From the NCBI GenBank assembly GCA_963817915.1, contig CAWFQL010000021.1, positions 1 through 34,854 on the forward strand: 34,854 nt of DNA, in the 5' to 3' direction. The notes under the pieces are model-generated. The model was not told the origin of the DNA. It made no database searches and saw only the letters and a list, made by a program, of their open reading frames with translations. Source of the DNA: an uncultured candidate division Zixibacteria bacterium. GTDB taxonomy: Bacteria; Zixibacteria; MSB-5A5; UBA10806. Position numbers and translations under genes: made by a program. Shown here one piece after another: positions 29,334 to 34,854 of the stretch; within the stretch, counting starts at the first letter, position 1, and each line of letters starts with the position of its first letter.

Positions 29334-30335
29334 CTATTTTGTTTTGCCGAAAAGAGTTAATCGCTGAGGGAACAAGCCTAATTGGCCGCCTGTATGGATA
29401 AATAAGACCTTGGCGCCTCGCCGAAAGCGCCGTTCCGCGATCCAGCCAAAGAGCCCTATTAACGCCTTAGAAGTGTATGCGGGGTCGAGGATTACGCCCG
29501 AATATTGTGCAACCTTTTTGATGAAATCGACTTCTTTTCGTCCTATTTTTGCATATCCTGGGCCGATAAATCTATCGTCGATAATGATCTCTGCGGGATC
29601 TATTTGGAGATTCAGACGATTTTCGACCTCAAATGCGCTGCAAATATCGAAGATTTTCTTCTGAAAATACAAATTATCCCTGCAAACCGCGTATCCGATA
29701 ATATCGATATCCCATTTCAGAAGCTTGCATCCAAGATAAAGCCCTGCATAAGTCCCGCCGGACCCGACAGCGACGGAGATGGCGTCGATCTTGATTTTGG
29801 CCTGATCGAGTTGTCTTTTGGTCTCCTCGATCGCCTTGATATAACCCCATATTCCCAAAAGATCAGTGCCGCCTTCGGGGATAACGTATGGTCTGCGACC
29901 CTTTTTCTTCAGGCTCTTGGCCAATGATGCCATGATGCCGTTGATATTGCGTTCGTAGTCATTGACTGTAACATATTTTATTTTAGCTCCGGAAAGCATC
30001 GAGATGAGCAAATTCCCGTCGGGGATTTTCGGCTGGCCGCCCTTGAGGACAAGATAACATTCGATACCGGCCGTGGCGCAGAGCGAGGCCACTGCCCGGC
30101 AATGATTGGACTGGACCCCGCCGCATGTTATAACAATATTCGACTTCTGATTAATCAAATCATAAAATAAAAATTCGAGCTTGCGGACCTTGTTACCCGA
30201 TAGAATTGAGCCGGTCAGGTCGTCCCGTTTGATATATATTTCGACTCCGCTCTTGGGATCGGGGCTCAACGGTAATCTCTCGATTGGTGTCGGCAGTTGC
30301 GAGAAACTGAAACGGGGCGGGCGTTTTATTTTCAT
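29334..30335 (-). CDS. PLP-dependent D-cysteine desulfhydrase / ACC deaminase family protein
   Basis: PTPIERL, IKRDDLTG..LSGNKVRKLEFL, TCGGVQSNHCRA, IPEGG, GSGGTYAGL, LDPAYTSKA, FIHTGG. Confidence 0.93.
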   Translation of the reverse strand: MKIKRPPRFSFSQLPTPIERLPLSPDPKSGVEIYIKRDDLTGSILSGNKVRKLEFLFYDLINQKSNIVITCGGVQSNHCRAVASLCATAGIECYLVLKGGQPKIPDGNLLISMLSGAKIKYVTVNDYERNINGIMASLAKSLKKKGRRPYVIPEGGTDLLGIWGYIKAIEETKRQLDQAKIKIDAISVAVGSGGTYAGLYLGCKLLKWDIDIIGYAVCRDNLYFQKKIFDICSAFEVENRLNLQIDPAEIIIDDRFIGPGYAKIGRKEVDFIKKVAQYSGVILDPAYTSKALIGLFGWIAERRFRRGAKVLFIHTGGQLGLFPQRLTLFGKTK

Positions 30336-30342
30336 ATTTGGA

Positions 30343-31008
30343 TTAAGCTTTGTTGGAAATGCTGAGCCAGAGGCCGTCAACAGTTAATTTCCAATTGGAG
30401 AGGCCGGATTTTTCGATAGTCTCTTTAATTTCATCGAAAGTATAGGATGAATTATAGGAATCGATAAGATTTTCAGTGATATCGCGTCCAGCGGCAAGAC
30501 GGCTTTGGGTTTTGAGCCAGAAAAATGGCATCTTCGGCTTGCCCCGATGGAAATCGGCAATATAAATTACTCCGTCTTTCTTGCAGACCCTGTTTATTTC
30601 GGTCAATGTCTTTTCGAGGTGGTTCCATTTATGCAACGACATAAAGCTGACCACGGCATCGAATTGGTTGTCATCAAAGGGGATAGCGGTTTCATCCCAT
30701 ATCTTATATGATACCCGTTCGGAAAGCCCGCGGCGCGCGGCGAGTATCTCCGATGACCTCACCAAAAGCCGCGAAGGCTCCAGGCCGACTATCGACGTAA
30801 ACTCCGTGAGGTCGCAAAGTGTTATTCCCATTATCCCGAAACCGCTGCCGATATCGAGGATTTTTCCCTCGATCTGCCTGAATTGGAGCACCGAACCCGC
30901 GACCTGGCGATAATACGGGCGCATATTATTGTCAAAAAAATCGATATATTTTTCTAATCCATTGTTTTCCGGCATCCGCACGTTGAATTTCAGTCTCGTT
31001 TTTACCAT
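30343..31008 (-). CDS. Class I SAM-dependent methyltransferase (start uncertain)
   Basis: ILDIGSGFG, IPFDDNQFDAVVSFMSLHKW, EINRVCKKDGVIYIAD. Start set at MVKTRL, downstream of a minus-strand TTGACA at 31038-31043. Confidence 0.85.
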   Translation of the reverse strand: MVKTRLKFNVRMPENNGLEKYIDFFDNNMRPYYRQVAGSVLQFRQIEGKILDIGSGFGIMGITLCDLTEFTSIVGLEPSRLLVRSSEILAARRGLSERVSYKIWDETAIPFDDNQFDAVVSFMSLHKWNHLEKTLTEINRVCKKDGVIYIADFHRGKPKMPFFWLKTQSRLAAGRDITENLIDSYNSSYTFDEIKETIEKSGLSNWKLTVDGLWLSISNKA

Positions 31009-31198
31009 AATATCTATTTCGGACAAAAAACCTGTTTTGTCAAGCCAACGACGAATTTTTGTTTCAAATGGCTTAACATTTTTGGTTTGATAACCAAAAA
31101 GGCAGGCGTGCTCCTTATTCATATTGACAATCTTCGGCAATCCATTATCTTTTCAACGGGACTTTAATGAAAACGTAATCTCTCCGGGTGGTGCAATA

Positions 31199-32950
31199 TT
31201 GAAAAAAGCTTTCGTTTTTTTAATTGTCATAGCCCTCTCCCTCCCCGCCCTGGCGGACTACCACTATGCCAGCCATACGGGGTCTAATACCTTCCCCTAT
31301 ACCTCCTGGGAAACCGCCGCGGACAGCATACAGAAGGCGATAAATGCCGGTACCGCCGGAGATACTATCTATGTGGGAGCGGGAACATGGAATGCTCCGG
31401 CATATATCCTAAATGACGATTTGGCAATGATTGGGATTAGCATGGATTCAACCACCCTGATTCGCACCGGGCCTCGAGCCCAAATTGTATTTCCGGGAAA
31501 TCGGACACTCTTAGAAAAATTTACATTTACAGGTGCGAGCGTAGCCGTATATCCAATTTATAAGACCGACATAGTCATTCAGAACTGTACATTTAGAAAT
31601 CTTGGCGGAGGAATTGTTGGGGTTTTTACTGGGAAAATAGAAAACAATCTGTTCTTTAATAACGGGGACGCAATCGATGCCACATTTGACGCCTGCAGCC
31701 TTTTAGTCAAGAACAACACAATTACGGGTTGCACGGAGGCTGGTATTATGGCCAACGATGGCAGTTGGACGGTTGTCAATAATCTGTTTCACCATAACGA
31801 TGCGCCCAACTTTGTTTTGATGTTAAATTTCCATCGGGCGCAGGACACGGCTTATGTAGCCAACAACCTATTCTATCGGAATCAGGCAAATCAGGGGCAT
31901 TTAGGACCGTCGAATCTTGCTATTGTAGGCTCGACCACAGTTAACAACACCTTTATAGGACCAGAAGTATTTACCTGGCAACGAGCCATCGCTTTCTTTG
32001 ACCACAGCAACAGGCCGGCATCCGGTTCGGTCAATAATGCCTTCAGTGATTATTATGCCGCTTTCTCCGCCGAAGGCGATCCCTCTCAGATATATGTCTC
32101 CTACAATGATTTCTGGGATGTAAATCGCGTCGGATTGGGGGGTATTGTGCACTTATTGGAAGGGAACCTCTATTCGAGCCCAATGTTTGCCGACAGTACC
32201 GACTTCTATCTGCAAGCCTTCTCGCCCCTAATCGATGCCGGCGATCCCAATATATTGGATGTTGACGGCACCAGGAGCGATATCGGGTATTTGGGAGGGC
32301 CGGGGGGATGTTCTTATGTCTATCTCGATCTGGCTCCCAAGATTCCGGACTCATTGACCGTCCGTGTCGATTCCGGGACAATAGTTATGAATTGGCATTA
32401 CAACACGGAAGCGGATTTCAATCGTTATCAGATATTTAGGGATTCGGTTTCGGGGTTCACGCCTCTTCGGTAATTAATATGATAGCGGAACCGGAGACAT
32501 CATATTATGAAGACAATACTATCACACCGGGTATATCGTATTATTATCGTTTTACGGCAGTGGATAATCAGCATAACGTCTCAGATTATTCCGAAGAACT
32601 TGCGGTAATAGCCACATCGATACCCAGCGATTCCCACGGTAATCTTCCAAAATACAAAGTGATAACGAGCGCCTATCCAAACCCGTTTAATTCCAATGTT
32701 ACGATAGTCTATTCCGCATCGAATGTTGGATGATCAGCCACGAGAGATGCAATTGGTCTTGTATGATATTCAGGGCCGGATTGTGAGGACGTTGGTTAAT
32801 GAGCGGAAGCCCATGGGCACATATCGGGCGGTTTGGGATGGCCGAGATGATGCGGGCTCGCCCGTAGCCTCTGGAATTTATATGGCGAGGCTATATCAGG
32901 AGGGCTGCCCGGGCGGCGATTTTTCGGTCAAGATCACATTGGTGAAATGA
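31199..32950 (+). CDS. Secreted beta-helix/FN3/T9SS-type CTD protein (paralog 3; apparent indels near 32465 and 32730)
   Basis: TTG start after GGTGG; ALSLPALA|DYHYASHTGSNTFPY; ORF pieces 31124-32473, 32479-32733 and 32723-32950 join into the family architecture. TTGACA-N16-TATCTT at 31124-31151. Confidence 0.82.
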
Positions 32951-32957
32951 GGAAAAT

Positions 32958-34734
32958 ATGAAAAAAATCCTAATAATCTTAATCACGATAGCCTTCTCCC
33001 TCCCCGTCCTGGCGGACTACCACTTGCCAGCCACACGGGGTCTAATACCTTCCCCTATGCCAGCTGGGAAACCGCCGCGGACAGTATACAAAAGGCGATC
33101 AACGCCGGTACCGCCGGAGATACTATCTTTGTGGGCAGCGGGGTCTGGGAAGATGCGCCATACACGCTGTGGAATGGCCTTTCATTGATTGGGATGGGGA
33201 TTGATTCCACAACAATCAGGCTCGGAAATCACAGCGGCTGGATCCATATGATTGTGACACAAAGCAATGTGTTTATTAAAAACTTTACTTTTGACGGTAC
33301 AAATATGAATTACGCGAACGATGCTATTTTACCAGTATTACACGCAACAAACATTAGCATTGTTGACAATAGATTCACTAGGTTATGGATTGGCATAAAT
33401 GAGGGGTCCAATACGGGACAAATCGTCAACAATATTTTCATTAATTGCCAAACGGCCATCGACGCTTCCTTTGATGCCTGTAGCCTTTTGGTCAAAAATA
33501 ACACGATTACTGGCTGCACTGAACGCGGGATTGATGCCTACGGCGGTAATTGGACCATTACCAACAACCTTTTTTACAATAATCCGGGGTCATTAATGCT
33601 AGGGCTCTTTTTCTACAGGGTCAGCGATACCAGCTATGTAGCCAATAACCTTTTTTACAACAATCAATGGAACCCTAATCTTCAATCCCACGTGATTGCT
33701 CTCTATGGAGAAGGCGTTGTCAACAACACGTTTATCGGCCCTGATAATTTGGGTGATCAACGAGCGAGTTTCATAAATGCCCTCATTGTCAATGATGTCC
33801 TATGGTCGAGGAACAATGTCTTTGCCCATTTTTATACTGCTTTTGAGCTATACAGTTATCCGTTTTATACGCAATTAGATATTTCTTATACGGATATCTG
33901 GCGCGTGAGCTATAATGATATAGGCTACGGAGGGGCGCATTATTTGGAAGGCAATCTTTTCGCCGATCCCATGTTTGCCGACAGTACAAATTTCTACCTG
34001 CAAGCTTTCTCGCCGCTGATAGATGCGGGTGATCCCAGCATATTGGATGTAGATGGCACTCGCTCGGATATCGGTTGTTATGGTGGGCCGGGTGGATGTT
34101 CTTATGTCTATCTCGATTTGGCCCCGATGATACCGGACTCGTTAAGCGCCAGGGTTGATTCAAATATCATCATTATGAATTGGCATTACAACACGGAAGC
34201 GGATTTCAATTGTTATCAGATATTTCGGGATTCGGTTTCGGGGTTCACGCCTTTGGACTTCAATATGATAGCGGAGCCCGAGACCTCTTATTTTGAGGAT
34301 AACAATATCACACCGGGGATCTCATATTTCTATCGTCTAACTGCAGTAGATAATCAGCATAATATCTCTGATTATTCGGATGAAATAGCTGTAGTACCCA
34401 CGTCCACGCCGGGAGATGGGGAGAATCACATGCCGAGATATTCGGTAATCTCTGGCGCTTATCCGAATCCGTTTAATTCTAACGTGACCATAGTATATTC
34501 CGCATCGAATGTTGGTGATCAGTTATGAGATAAAATTGGTCTTGTATGATATTCAGGGTCGAGTTGTGAGAACACTGGTCAACGAGCGAAAACCAATGGG
34601 AACATATCGAGCAATTTGGGATGGCCGAAGACGACACGGGATGGCCTGTGGCCTCGGGAGTTTATATGGCGAGGCTTTATCAAGAGGGGAGCGCCGGAGG
34701 AGATTTCCCGATCAAAATAACGTTGGTGAAATGA
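32958..34734 (+). CDS. Secreted beta-helix/FN3/T9SS-type CTD protein (paralog 4; apparent indels near 33025, 34525 and 34630)
   Basis: MKKILIILITIAFSLPVLADYH; body 33131-34528 shares FDACSLLVKNNTITGCTE and the whole C-terminal half with paralog 3; ends ...PIKITLVK*. Confidence 0.82.
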
Positions 34735-34741
34735 GGGAAAT

Positions 34742-34854
34742 ATGAGAAAAATCTATATAATCTTAATCACAATAGCCCTCTCCCTCCCCGCCCTGGCGGA
34801 TTACCACTATGCCAGCCATACAGGGTCTAATACCTTCCCCTACACCTCGTGGGA
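34742..34854 (+). CDS. 5' end of paralog 5 (runs off the window)
   Basis: MRKIYIILITIALSLPALADYHYASHTGSNTFPYTSW; the first 50 nt are identical to paralog 1. Confidence 0.85.
   Translation, partial: MRKIYIILITIALSLPALADYHYASHTGSNTFPYTSW

Noticed and set aside
32720..34535. Paralogs 3 and 4 both lose frame just after SNVG near TGATCAG, suggesting a programmed switch removing the sorting domain
   Set aside because: The two lesions differ, there is no slippery or repeat tract, and other indels lie nearby. A context-dependent basecalling error is more likely. Raw reads would be needed to revisit it.
23221..34854. Diversity-generating retroelement as the source of paralog variation
   Set aside because: No reverse transcriptase in the window, and I found no template/variable repeat pair differing mainly at adenines.

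Overview
Bacterial chromosomal window, probably from an FCB-associated or candidate phylum such as Zixibacteria. That assignment is inferred only from the many NYPNPFN-type C-terminal sorting-domain proteins. The sequence has many single-base indels, even in recF and coaX, so most frameshifts are probably read errors. Left to right it contains: the end of a type IV minor-pilin cluster (PilW/PilV/PilX-like); small genes, a GNAT and murQ; a HEAT-repeat plus HD-GYP pair; an AT-rich XhoI/PaeR7I-family restriction-modification cassette; an oriC-like DnaA-box/DnaA-trio region before dnaN-recF-coaX with no adjacent dnaA; doxX; CIRCE-controlled groES-groEL; then about 17 kb of accessory DNA encoding mostly secreted proteins. 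The most striking structure is at 21.1-28.4 kb. Two tandem modules read [REP hairpin + sigma70 promoter + beta-helix secreted protein + truncated partner gene + REP hairpin + REP-associated tyrosine (HUH) transposase]. Module ends are identical or nearly so while the cargo is strongly diverged, and all three visible breakpoints lie within 6-7 nt 5' of a REP head. A second, oppositely oriented array of the same beta-helix family (31.2 kb to the window end) shares a near-identical 5' leader. Together these suggest a REP/RAYT-linked cassette-stacking or shuffling system for surface proteins. Intergenic regions carry many GTAG- or GTG-headed hairpins.
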